Source of the DNA: an uncultured Acidobacteriota bacterium
Lineage (GTDB): Bacteria; Acidobacteriota; Vicinamibacteria; Vicinamibacterales; CAVPJW01
DNA length: 64,000 nucleotides
Direction: 5' to 3'
NCBI GenBank assembly: GCA_963826865.1
Contig: CAWGYQ010000016.1
Span: 14,855-78,854, forward strand
The notes under the pieces are model-generated. The model had not been told where the DNA came from, searched no databases, and worked only from the letters and a program-made list of their open reading frames with translations. This document shows positions 56,126 through 64,000 of the stretch, one piece after another; the stretch's first letter is position 1; every line of letters starts with the position of its first letter. The translations under genes and the position numbers were made by a program.

Positions 56126-56903
56126 GCGCCTGATGACTGAACTCGCTTTCCGCGAGGACGAGTCCGGCGAGAAACGCGCCCAGAGCCATCGACAGACCGA
56201 GCAGGGAGGCAATCCACGCCACACCGACCGCCGAAAGGATCACGACGAGCGGAAACGCCTCGCGCCGGCCGCTCGAGGTCACGAGCCGGAAGAGCGGCGG
56301 CAGGACCAGCCGGCTGACGACGCCAAGAAAGATCAGTGTCAGCGAAGCGCGAAGCAGCACTCCTGGCACCGCCGATGCTCGAGTGGCGCCGGAGAGAATC
56401 GGTACCAGCAACAGCAGAATCACGATGCAGAGATCCTGCAGGAGGAGGACGCCAACCATCAAACGTCCGTGCGGCGAGGCCAGCTGATTTCGCTCGCCCA
56501 GCTCTTTCAGCACGATCACGGTGCTCGACAGGGCGACGAAGAGGCCGACAAAAATCCCGAGTCGAACGCTCGTGCCCGCTGCCAGCAGCCACAAGACGAC
56601 GATGGCCGTCGTCAGGCTGATCTGGAGGGCGCCCGAGGTGGCAATGGTCTTCCAGATGCGCCGCATGTCCGACACGGAAAAGTCGAGACCCACCGTGAAC
56701 AGCAGCAGGATCACGCCCACCTCCGCCAGCGCCTCGACGTCTTCCTGCGTGCTCACGATGGCCAGGCCGGATGGACCCGCGAGAACGCCCGCCAACACGA
56801 AAGCAATGAGCGACGGAACTCTGAGACGCGCCAGCGTGATGATGAAAACCAGCGCCAGCGCAAAGACCGCGATGAGATCCCTGAGGAGATGGTGCTCGAG
56901 CAT
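55557..56903 (-). CDS. Kef-type antiporter, N-terminal fragment (ORF as it stands)
   Basis: The first ~265 codons are a typical Na_H_Exchanger TM domain (MLEHHLLRDLIAVFALALVFI...GAFLAGLVLAESEFSHQAHAEV). The remainder is Arg/Gly/Ala-rich out-of-frame sequence. Confidence 0.75.
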   Translation of the reverse strand: MLEHHLLRDLIAVFALALVFIITLARLRVPSLIAFVLAGVLAGPSGLAIVSTQEDVEALAEVGVILLLFTVGLDFSVSDMRRIWKTIATSGALQISLTTAIVVLWLLAAGTSVRLGIFVGLFVALSSTVIVLKELGERNQLASPHGRLMVGVLLLQDLCIVILLLLVPILSGATRASAVPGVLLRASLTLIFLGVVSRLVLPPLFRLVTSSGRREAFPLVVILSAVGVAWIASLLGLSMALGAFLAGLVLAESEFSHQAHAEVQAAARHPGGPLLHFARHAGGPAVLRDPPAIRPGHCGRRADCQDARSDRGAAVVGHAVARGHHSRDRSVAGGRVFVHSRACGSRSGAAERGRLAEPARGQHRNHARHAAPGRSGADGRKLARSAAEPLERRHRVRRRRDVPPHRSCGDRGFRCRWAALRQGAPRAGHPLFDHRAQRRHRPHDEGGR

Positions 56904-56973
56904 GTATCAGTGGCCGATCCTATCTCATCGATCGGCGGGGCCGAGGGTCGCTCGCGTATACTTCGGGCGACCC

Positions 56974-57726
56974 ATGAAGATCGCGAGCTGGAACGTCAAC
57001 GGGGTGCGCGCCCGATTGGCGGAGATTCAAACGTGGATCGATCGCGAGCAGCCCGATGTCGTGTGTTTGCAGGAGATCAAGGCCTCGTCCGATCAGGTGC
57101 CTGAGGCGCTGTGCCACATGCAGGGGTACTGGTGCTACTGGCACGGAGGCAAGGGCTACTCGGGCGTTGGCCTTCACGTGAAGCAGTCATCCTGCCGCCA
57201 GCATCCGGTATTCTCGCATCCCCACTTCGACTACGAGCATCGCATCGTCGTCGCTCAGCTCGACGACGTCATGGTGGCGTCGATCTATGTGCCGAACGGT
57301 GGTAAGGATTTTCCTGCGAAGATGCGATTCCTGGCGGCGCTCGAAGGCTATGCGGCCGAAGCCAGCGCCGCGGGTCTCTCACTGATGCTCTGCGGCGACC
57401 TGAACGTGGCGCGCGCGGATATCGACGTCCATCCCAAAGAACGCAAGCCGAATGCCATCGGGCAGCTTCCCGAGGAGCGAGCGGCGCTCGAGCGCATCCT
57501 GGAACAAGGGTTCGTCGATATCGGGCGAGCGCTCGATCCCGAGAACGATCAGCTCTTCACGTGGTGGGCGCCCTGGCGGAACCTGCGTCAGCGCAACATC
57601 GGCTGGAGGATCGACTACATCCTGGTCAGTAAGGCACTCGCCGCGAAGGCCCGCCGCTCGACCGTCCAGGCCGAAATAGGCACGAGCGATCACGCGCCGC
57701 TCGTGTGCGAGTTCGAGATCGGCTGA
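56974..57726 (+). CDS. xth: Exodeoxyribonuclease III
   Basis: The ATG at 56974 lies inside ORF 56521..57726. Motifs: MKIASWNVNG, VCLQEIK, CGDLNVA and SDHAPL. Confidence 0.93.
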   Translation: MKIASWNVNGVRARLAEIQTWIDREQPDVVCLQEIKASSDQVPEALCHMQGYWCYWHGGKGYSGVGLHVKQSSCRQHPVFSHPHFDYEHRIVVAQLDDVMVASIYVPNGGKDFPAKMRFLAALEGYAAEASAAGLSLMLCGDLNVARADIDVHPKERKPNAIGQLPEERAALERILEQGFVDIGRALDPENDQLFTWWAPWRNLRQRNIGWRIDYILVSKALAAKARRSTVQAEIGTSDHAPLVCEFEIG

Positions 57727-58532
57727 CTCTGCCAGATCGCCCGGCCGATGAAAAAGGGCCCGAGTCGATCGAGATAGAGGGACGTCTGCTGCGTCTTGCG
57801 CATGGCCTGCACGACGGCTGACAGCGGGTAGAGCTCCTTGCCGATCAGTCCCACCACGAAATCGTTGTCGTCCCGATCGAGGCCGTAGCACGCCAGACGG
57901 ACATCGTGTGCGTAGTCGGCTGCCCCGAATGCCATGCCGATGCTCCCATGCTCGGCGAGAATCTTCCGCTGTTCGTCCGCGGGAAGTTGCGCGAAGCGTC
58001 CGCTGCGCCGCAGCGGATACCAGATGCCCCAGCGCCATTCCGGGTTCAGCACGGTGCGGACGGGCCGATTGAGCAGCACATCCGTCAGGTCGGGCTCGTA
58101 GCCAATTGAGTAGGTGCGACCGAACATCGTCAGATCGGGCTTTTGCGTGAGCGACGCGAACGGCTCGCGGTTGAGGACGGGCCGGACGACCTCGACGAAC
58201 GACGACGGATCTCGAGAAAAGGTCAGCAAAGCGATGCCGCGCGGATCGTTGACATCCTCGTAGAGCACGCCCGCGATGTCCGCATCGCCGAGCGCTCCAC
58301 CGAGCGGGCGGCTGTCGGGGCAGCCGCCAAACGCGAGGAGCTGCATGTAGAGACGCTCGTCGGACCGTTGAGGCTGTCCGCTCTTCAGTCCGCCCTTTTC
58401 ACTGATATCCGGTGGCTCGAGCCCGCGTGGTCTCGAGGCGTCGCGAGGAGCAGGCTCGCCGTGCGTGGGTGGCTCGCGCGTGACCGACATGCGTTCGGAC
58501 GATACCTGCCGCGCCGCGCGCGGGTCAAGCAT
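57690..58532 (-). CDS. Chlorite dismutase-family (Cld/HemQ-like) protein
   Basis: Family blocks: WGIWYPLRRSGRFAQLPADEQRKILAEHGSIG and DFVVGLIGKELYPLSAVVQAMRKT. The start overlaps the Nudix stop by 8 nt; an alternative ATG is at 58490. Confidence 0.82.
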   Translation of the reverse strand: MLDPRAARQVSSERMSVTREPPTHGEPAPRDASRPRGLEPPDISEKGGLKSGQPQRSDERLYMQLLAFGGCPDSRPLGGALGDADIAGVLYEDVNDPRGIALLTFSRDPSSFVEVVRPVLNREPFASLTQKPDLTMFGRTYSIGYEPDLTDVLLNRPVRTVLNPEWRWGIWYPLRRSGRFAQLPADEQRKILAEHGSIGMAFGAADYAHDVRLACYGLDRDDNDFVVGLIGKELYPLSAVVQAMRKTQQTSLYLDRLGPFFIGRAIWQSQPISNSHTSGA

Positions 58533-59166
58533 CGCCGACTCGCACGCCGATCACCCAGAGCAACTCGGCGAGCACCATGGCCGTGGCACCCCAGACCTGC
58601 CAGCCGTCGATGTCGAAGTAGGGGACGTCGATCAGCTGGCCGTCGCGCTCGAGGACGGTTCGCTTCAGGATGGCAGGATTGGCGAGCGCGACGAGCGGCA
58701 CTTCGAGGACGCGCTCCACTTCGGTTTCCGCCGGGCGAAAGCCGGGCCGCTCGTCGCTCACCGCAACGATGGGCTGCAACCGGAAGCCCGACACGGGAAT
58801 GTCGAGTGGCGTCAGGCGGCCGAGGAGCCGCGCACTGTCGAGCGTCAGGCCGATTTCTTCAACCGCTTCACGCAGCGCAGCCTCTTCGGGACTTTCCGTC
58901 GGATCGATGACCCCTCCGGGAAGGCTCACCTGTCCGCTGTGACGCTTGAGCGTACCAGCGCGTACCGTCAAGGGCAGCGACACCACACCGTTGTCCGGAT
59001 AGAGCAGCACGAGCGCGGCTGCGGCGCGCACGCCGTCCGACGAGCCGGGAGCGCGAACAGCTCGCGGCCGGGGAGCCAAGGCCGACTGCGCCGCCAAACC
59101 CGGCAGCGGCTGCGACAGCGCCTCGCGGAGGCCGTTCTCGAGTTCCGACAGCGATCGGGTCATCAT
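58525..59166 (-). CDS. Nudix hydrolase, CoA pyrophosphatase-type
   Basis: ATG at 59164-59166. Contains the CoA-pyrophosphatase motif LTVRAGTLKRHSGQVSLPGG followed by the Nudix box GGVIDPTESPEEAALREAVEEIGL. Confidence 0.85.
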   Translation of the reverse strand: MMTRSLSELENGLREALSQPLPGLAAQSALAPRPRAVRAPGSSDGVRAAAALVLLYPDNGVVSLPLTVRAGTLKRHSGQVSLPGGVIDPTESPEEAALREAVEEIGLTLDSARLLGRLTPLDIPVSGFRLQPIVAVSDERPGFRPAETEVERVLEVPLVALANPAILKRTVLERDGQLIDVPYFDIDGWQVWGATAMVLAELLWVIGVRVGDA

Positions 59167-59331
59167 TTCAAAATAGCGCACCGCGAACGGCGCGTCGATA
59201 ACCCGCCCGGCGAAGTGGCTTCCGCAACGCGTAAAGCCTGACACGCCACGTAAGCCCTCGGGCTTCTCTGCGCGATTTGACAGGGCAATCCGTCGTCGTC
59301 GGTGTGGCAAGGCTCTTGAAATACCCTCGTC

Positions 59332-59721
59332 ATGCGCAAATACCTCGGTCTCTGGTTCCTCGTCACGATGATCGCGTCCGGGTGCGGTGGTGGCGGCGAT
59401 TACAACGCGCCGCCGACCCAGCCCAGCCCGCCACCCGTGGCGCCGCCGGCTGGCGCAACCATCGTCTCGATTCCACAGGGCGCCATGAATCTGGGGGACG
59501 ATGCGTTCGGCGGGCCCGCAACCGTCAGCAACGGCGGAACGGTGTCATGGACGAACGGCGACTCGCTCGTGCACAACGTTGTCGCCAACAACTCGACGTT
59601 CAACTCGGGCCCGATGTCGCCGGCCGAAGTGTTCAATTTCACGTTCTTGACCACCGGTTCCTTCCCATATCACTGCAGCATCCATCCGACGATGCAGGGA
59701 TTGATCACGGTCCAGCCCTGA
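59332..59721 (+). CDS. Cupredoxin (plastocyanin/azurin-like type-1 copper protein), lipoprotein
   Basis: Lipobox MIASGCGG. Copper ligands are arranged as H...C-x2-H-x4-M (LVHNV ... YHCSIHPTMQG). Confidence 0.85.
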   Translation: MRKYLGLWFLVTMIASGCGGGGDYNAPPTQPSPPPVAPPAGATIVSIPQGAMNLGDDAFGGPATVSNGGTVSWTNGDSLVHNVVANNSTFNSGPMSPAEVFNFTFLTTGSFPYHCSIHPTMQGLITVQP

Positions 59722-59802
59722 CCCGCGTGGAGCCTGCGCCGATCATGGCGCGCCGGCCCAAAACGCGGTACGCTGTCGTGAGCTACGTTTTCCCCCCGGC
59801 TC

Positions 59803-62800
59803 ATGGCAATGCCTCTTCCTTTTCACCCGGTCGTGTCGCAGTGGTTCACCGAGACCCTCGGTGAGCCGACGCCCGCTCAGCACCGCGGCTGGGATGCCAT
59901 TCGCCGCGGCCGGCACACCCTGATCGCCGCCCCAACAGGTTCCGGCAAGACGCTTGCGGCATTTCTGAGCGCCATCGACGAACTCTTCCGGGCAGGACTC
60001 GACGGCGACGCGCCGGACGAAGTGCGCGTGCTCTACGTCTCGCCGCTCAAGGCGCTGAGCGCCGACGTCCACAAGAACCTCGCGGAGCCGCGGGCGGGCA
60101 TTCGCCGTCTGGCTCGCGAACGTGGCCTCGACTCGCCGCGCATCACCGCGGCCGTGCGCACGGGTGACACGCCGCAGCACGAGCGGGCGGCCATGATCGC
60201 CGCGCCGCCGCACATCCTGGTGACGACACCGGAGTCGCTCTACCTGCTCCTGACAGCCGAGCGCAGCCGCGCGATGCTGCGTACCGTCCGCACGATCATC
60301 ATCGACGAGATTCACGCGCTGATCGGCACGCGTCGCGGCGCCCATCTTGCGCTATCCCTGGAGCGGCTCGACCACGTGGTCGGCTCACCAGTGCTGCGTC
60401 TGGGTCTCTCGGCCACGCAGAAGCCCATCGACACGGTCGCGCGGTATCTCGTCGGCGCGGATCGCGTGGACGAGGGCGGCCGTCCTGACTGCGAGATCGT
60501 GGACGAAGGGCATCGCCGTGCGGTCGACCTGACGCTCGAGCTGCCGGCCTCGCCGCTCGAAGCCGTCATGGCGCACGAGGTGTGGGAGGAGTACTACGAC
60601 CGGCTATCAGAACTGACACGCAGCCACCGGACGACGCTGATCTTCGTCAATACACGCAGGCTGGCAGAGCGTGTCGCGCGTCATCTCAGCGAGCGCCTCG
60701 GCGAGGACTCTGTGACGGCGCACCATGGCAGCCTCTCGAAGGAGAAGCGGCACGACGCCGAGTCGCGACTCAAGGACGGCCGCCTGCGGGCCCTCGTCGC
60801 CACCGCATCGCTCGAGCTGGGAATCGACATCGGCTACGTCGACCTGGTGTGTCAAATCGGGTCGCCGCGATGGATCTCGACGTTTCTCCAGCGTGCGGGG
60901 CGATCGGGCCACACGGTGCGAGGAGTTTCCAAGGCACGCCTGTTCCCGACCTCGCGCGACGATCTCGTCGAATGCGCGGCACTGCTTCGTGCCGTCAAGC
61001 TTGGAGAGCTGGATCGAGTTGCCGTCTGTGAGGGTGCGCTCGACGTGCTCGCGCAGCAGATCGTTGCCGAAACCGCGTGCGAGGCTTACAGCGACCGCGA
61101 GCTGCTCGAGCAGTTCAGGCGCGCGTACCCATACCGCGAGCTCTCGGACCAGAGTTTCGATCGCGTCCTGCGCATGCTCGGCGACGGGTTCACGACGCGG
61201 CGGGGGCGGCGGGCCGCGCTGGTGCACCGCGACGAGGTGAATGCCCGCGTGCGAGGCCGTCGTGCCGCACGCCTCACCGCAATCACCTCGGGCGGCGCGA
61301 TCCCGGACAACGCTGATTATCGCGTCGTGTTGGACCCGGGCGATGTCTTCATCGGCACGCTCAACGAAGACTTTGCCATCGAGAGCCTGGCGGGTGACGT
61401 GTTTCAGCTCGGCAACGCGTCATGGCGCATTCTGCAGGTGGCCGCGGGCACCGTGCGTGTCCAGGACGCCCACGGCCAGCCGCCAACCATTCCGTTCTGG
61501 CTGGGTGAGGCGCCCGGTCGGAGCGCCGAATTGTCGGAGGCCGTCAGTGAACTTCGCCGGGGTGTCGAGGACCGTCTCGAGGAGCCATCCGATGCCGCCG
61601 TCGCCTGGCTCACCGCCGAAGCCGGTATCTCGCGTGCGGCCGCCGAACAGATCGGCGCCTACCTCGCCGAAACACGCCGTGTGCTGGGCGTCGTGCCGAC
61701 GGCCGAGACGCTCGTCCTCGAGCGCTTCTTCGACGAGTCGGGTGGCATGCAGCTCGTGCTGCACGCGCCTTTCGGGAGCCGCGTGAACCGCGCATGGGGG
61801 TTGGCCCTTCGCAAGAAGTTCTGTCGTCAGTTCAACTTCGAGCTTCAGGCCGCTGCCACCGAAGAAGGACTGCTGCTGTCGCTCGGCCCGCAGCATTCCT
61901 TCCCGCTGGCCGACGTGTTCCGCTATCTGCACCCGTCGAGCTTGCGCGACGTGCTCGTGCAGGCGCTCCTGGATGCGCCGATGTTCGAAACGCGCTGGCG
62001 GTGGAACACGACGGTCGCACTGGCCGTGCCGCGCAGCCGCCACGGCCGCAAGGTGCCGCCGCCGCTTCAGCGGATGATGGCTGCCGATCTGCTGGCGTCG
62101 GCCTTTCCGGACGCGGCCGCATGTCTCGAGAACATTCCCGGCGATCGCCAGATTCCCGATCACCCGCTCGTCACGCAGACCATTCACGACTGCCTCCACG
62201 AGGCGATGGACATCGACCGCCTCAGCGACATCCTGACCCGCATTCGTGAAGGTCGAGTGGCGTGCGTCGCGCGCGACACCAGCGAGCCCTCGCCGCTCTC
62301 CCACGAAATCCTGAACGCGCGCCCTTATGCGTTCCTCGACGATGCCCCGCTCGAAGAGCGGCGAGCTCACGCGGTGTACACGCGCCGCGCCACCGAACCC
62401 GGCACGTCGTCCGATCTGGGCGCGCTCGACGCGGATGCGATTGCGCGCGTGCGATCGGAGGCCTGGCCCGATCCGCGCGACGCCGACGAGCTCCACGATG
62501 CGCTGGTGACAGCCGGCGTGCTCACCGATCCGGAAATCGCGCCCTGGAGCGCGTGGCTGGACGTGCTGCGCATGAGCGGGCGCGCCACGCGGGCGAGGTT
62601 GACCCCGCCGGAGGGTGCGGCGGCGTGTCACGTCGACTTGTGGGTGGCCGCCGAGCGCCTTCCGGACGTCACTGCCGTCTACGGCGGAGATCAGCCTTAC
62701 GCTCTCTCACTCGATCCGCCCGTCCGTTCTCCGGCTTCCCGCGAGACTGGGACCGGAACGCCCGCGGCCGCGCTGGTCGAGCTCGTGCGCGGACGCATCT

Positions 62801-64000
62801 CCTGCCTCGGTCCCGTGACGGCGGCACAGCTGGCCGCGACTTTCGCGCTGAACCGGGGGCGCATCGACGAGGCACTGCTGTCGCTCGAAGGTGAGGGCGT
62901 GGTGCTGCGCGGGTCGTTCACGCCCATGGACGGATCAGGATCGCGCCCGGGCGGGGAACGGCCGGTGGAATGGTGCGACCGGACGCTCCTGGCACGGATC
63001 CATCGCTATACCCTCAACCGCCTGCGCGCGGAGATCGAGCCGGTCAGCCAGGCCGACTACATGCGGTTTCTCTTTGCGTGGCAGCACGTCGGCGAAACTC
63101 ATCGCCTCAGCGGTGTGGACGGTGTCCGTGCAGTGCTCGCGCAACTCGACGGGTTCGAAGCCGCCGCGGGTGCCTGGGAACGGCACGTGCTGCCGGGGCG
63201 CATCACCGACTATGCGGGTTCGATGCTGGATCTCGTGTGTCTCGCGGGGGAAGTCGGCTGGGGCCGTCTCTCGTCGCAGAAGCATGGCCCGGATGGCATC
63301 CAGCCGCCAACCGGCGGTTCGGCTCGGACGCGAGCCGCAATGGTTCGGTCGAGCCCGATCGCATTGTTCCTTCGCGAGAATGCGGGCGTGTGGCGCGCTC
63401 GTCAATCGATCGGACGTGGCGCGCAGCCGGAGTCGACCAGCGACCGCGGCTCATTTTCGGCTCTGTCCGACCTCGCGAGCACGGTGCTCGATCGATTGCG
63501 CGAACGCGGCGCGTCGTTCGGACGGGAGCTGGTCACGTGGACCGGATCGTCAGCGCCGGCGGTGCGCGACGCGCTCGCGGAACTGGTGTCAGCCGGGCTC
63601 GTCACGGCGGACGGCTTTGCGGGCCTGCGGGCGATGGTTGGACGTTCGCGTCCAGGCGCCGGATCCACGGCGCTCGATCGCTCAGGCCGATGGTCGATCG
63701 TGCCGGGCAGGGTCGAAGACGAAGCCGGCGACGATTCGTCGAATCATGACGCGGCAGTCGTTGAAACCCAGGCGCGGGTGCTGCTGCGGCGTTACGGCGT
63801 CGTGTGTCGTCGCATTCTGGCTCGCGAGCCGAACGCCGCGCCATGGCGCGATTTGCTGAGGGCCTACCGCCGACTCGAGGCGCGGGGCGAGATTCGAGGC
63901 GGCCGGTTCGTGTCGGGGTTGTCCGGCGAGCAGTTCGCGCTCGCCGACGCCGTCGCCGAGTTGCGCGCCGTGCGGCGCACGCCCACCGACGGCGCTCTCA
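59803..64000 (+). CDS. lhr: Lhr-family ATP-dependent DEAD/DEAH-box helicase (N-terminal ~1,399 codons; continues beyond the right edge)
   Basis: The frame is open from the ATG at 59803 to the window end, so it is not in the ORF track. Motifs: Walker A AAPTGSGKT, DEIH box IIIDEIHAL, motif VI QRAGRSGH. DEAD_assoc-like blocks follow (FWLGEAPGRS, GSRVNRAWGLAL) and a long C-terminal region typical of Lhr. Confidence 0.9.
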   Translation, partial: MAMPLPFHPVVSQWFTETLGEPTPAQHRGWDAIRRGRHTLIAAPTGSGKTLAAFLSAIDELFRAGLDGDAPDEVRVLYVSPLKALSADVHKNLAEPRAGIRRLARERGLDSPRITAAVRTGDTPQHERAAMIAAPPHILVTTPESLYLLLTAERSRAMLRTVRTIIIDEIHALIGTRRGAHLALSLERLDHVVGSPVLRLGLSATQKPIDTVARYLVGADRVDEGGRPDCEIVDEGHRRAVDLTLELPASPLEAVMAHEVWEEYYDRLSELTRSHRTTLIFVNTRRLAERVARHLSERLGEDSVTAHHGSLSKEKRHDAESRLKDGRLRALVATASLELGIDIGYVDLVCQIGSPRWISTFLQRAGRSGHTVRGVSKARLFPTSRDDLVECAALLRAVKLGELDRVAVCEGALDVLAQQIVAETACEAYSDRELLEQFRRAYPYRELSDQSFDRVLRMLGDGFTTRRGRRAALVHRDEVNARVRGRRAARLTAITSGGAIPDNADYRVVLDPGDVFIGTLNEDFAIESLAGDVFQLGNASWRILQVAAGTVRVQDAHGQPPTIPFWLGEAPGRSAELSEAVSELRRGVEDRLEEPSDAAVAWLTAEAGISRAAAEQIGAYLAETRRVLGVVPTAETLVLERFFDESGGMQLVLHAPFGSRVNRAWGLALRKKFCRQFNFELQAAATEEGLLLSLGPQHSFPLADVFRYLHPSSLRDVLVQALLDAPMFETRWRWNTTVALAVPRSRHGRKVPPPLQRMMAADLLASAFPDAAACLENIPGDRQIPDHPLVTQTIHDCLHEAMDIDRLSDILTRIREGRVACVARDTSEPSPLSHEILNARPYAFLDDAPLEERRAHAVYTRRATEPGTSSDLGALDADAIARVRSEAWPDPRDADELHDALVTAGVLTDPEIAPWSAWLDVLRMSGRATRARLTPPEGAAACHVDLWVAAERLPDVTAVYGGDQPYALSLDPPVRSPASRETGTGTPAAALVELVRGRISCLGPVTAAQLAATFALNRGRIDEALLSLEGEGVVLRGSFTPMDGSGSRPGGERPVEWCDRTLLARIHRYTLNRLRAEIEPVSQADYMRFLFAWQHVGETHRLSGVDGVRAVLAQLDGFEAAAGAWERHVLPGRITDYAGSMLDLVCLAGEVGWGRLSSQKHGPDGIQPPTGGSARTRAAMVRSSPIALFLRENAGVWRARQSIGRGAQPESTSDRGSFSALSDLASTVLDRLRERGASFGRELVTWTGSSAPAVRDALAELVSAGLVTADGFAGLRAMVGRSRPGAGSTALDRSGRWSIVPGRVEDEAGDDSSNHDAAVVETQARVLLRRYGVVCRRILAREPNAAPWRDLLRAYRRLEARGEIRGGRFVSGLSGEQFALADAVAELRAVRRTPTDGAL

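Larger units (their letters stand above)
54935..56903 (-). pseudogene. CPA2-family K+/H+ antiporter (Kef-type, with TrkA-N and TrkA-C domains), about 655 aa if one frame change near 56108-56117 is corrected
   Basis: This is the union of the two fragments listed below. ...LAGLVLAESEFSHQAHAEV (frame A) continues naturally as (Q)PLRDILAGLFFISLGMLVD (frame B). It could be a sequencing error. Confidence 0.6.

Noticed and set aside
53328-57104. Long ORFs 53328..54719 (minus strand, 463 aa) and 55689..57104 (plus strand, 471 aa).
   Set aside because: They lie antisense to the aminotransferase/thioredoxin genes and to the Kef antiporter respectively. They have shadow-ORF composition.

Overview
This is a high-GC, densely packed bacterial chromosomal segment. 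The gene content looks like an Acidobacteriota- or Gemmatimonadota-type soil bacterium; that taxonomy is inference only. I support about 50 protein-coding genes. By eye I found no rRNA, tRNA, CRISPR array, transposase, integrase or obvious defence island.

Gene content from left to right:
- A TonB-dependent receptor, partial at the left edge.
- A LytS/LytTR two-component pair.
- A cluster of signal-peptide or lipoprotein hydrolases: an alpha/beta hydrolase, two MBL-fold proteins, two Amidohydro_3 proteins and an exported RidA.
- An asd-lysC-hom-thrC operon preceded by what looks like a leader-peptide attenuator.
- A DUF5916/CBM9-like protein.
- An AgaS-like SIS isomerase followed by two PfkB kinases.
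- Glutaminyl cyclase plus a DDAH-like amidinotransferase.
- Small secreted and stress proteins (lmo0937-like, CsbD).
- An AI-2E transporter.
- A sigma-54 enhancer-binding protein (bEBP).
- A giant (about 2,900 aa) Cgs/NdvB-like cyclic beta-1,2-glucan synthase behind a hybrid histidine kinase.
- ArsR plus an SRPBCC protein.
- A Ser/Thr kinase with a TolB-like propeller.
- Assorted housekeeping enzymes.
- A CPA2 K+/H+ antiporter, xth, a Cld-family protein, a Nudix CoA pyrophosphatase and a cupredoxin.
- An Lhr helicase running off the right edge.

Two long genes, the glucan synthase and the antiporter, each carry an apparent single-base frame change. Many long ORFs in the supplied track are antisense shadow ORFs typical of high-GC DNA, and I rejected them.

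I did not find a convincing new multi-gene system. The most interesting signals are regulatory:
- a thrL-like attenuator upstream of asd;
- several sigma-54-type promoter candidates with upstream inverted repeats, clustered around the bEBP gene;
- an ArsR promoter/operator that overlaps a leaderless start codon.
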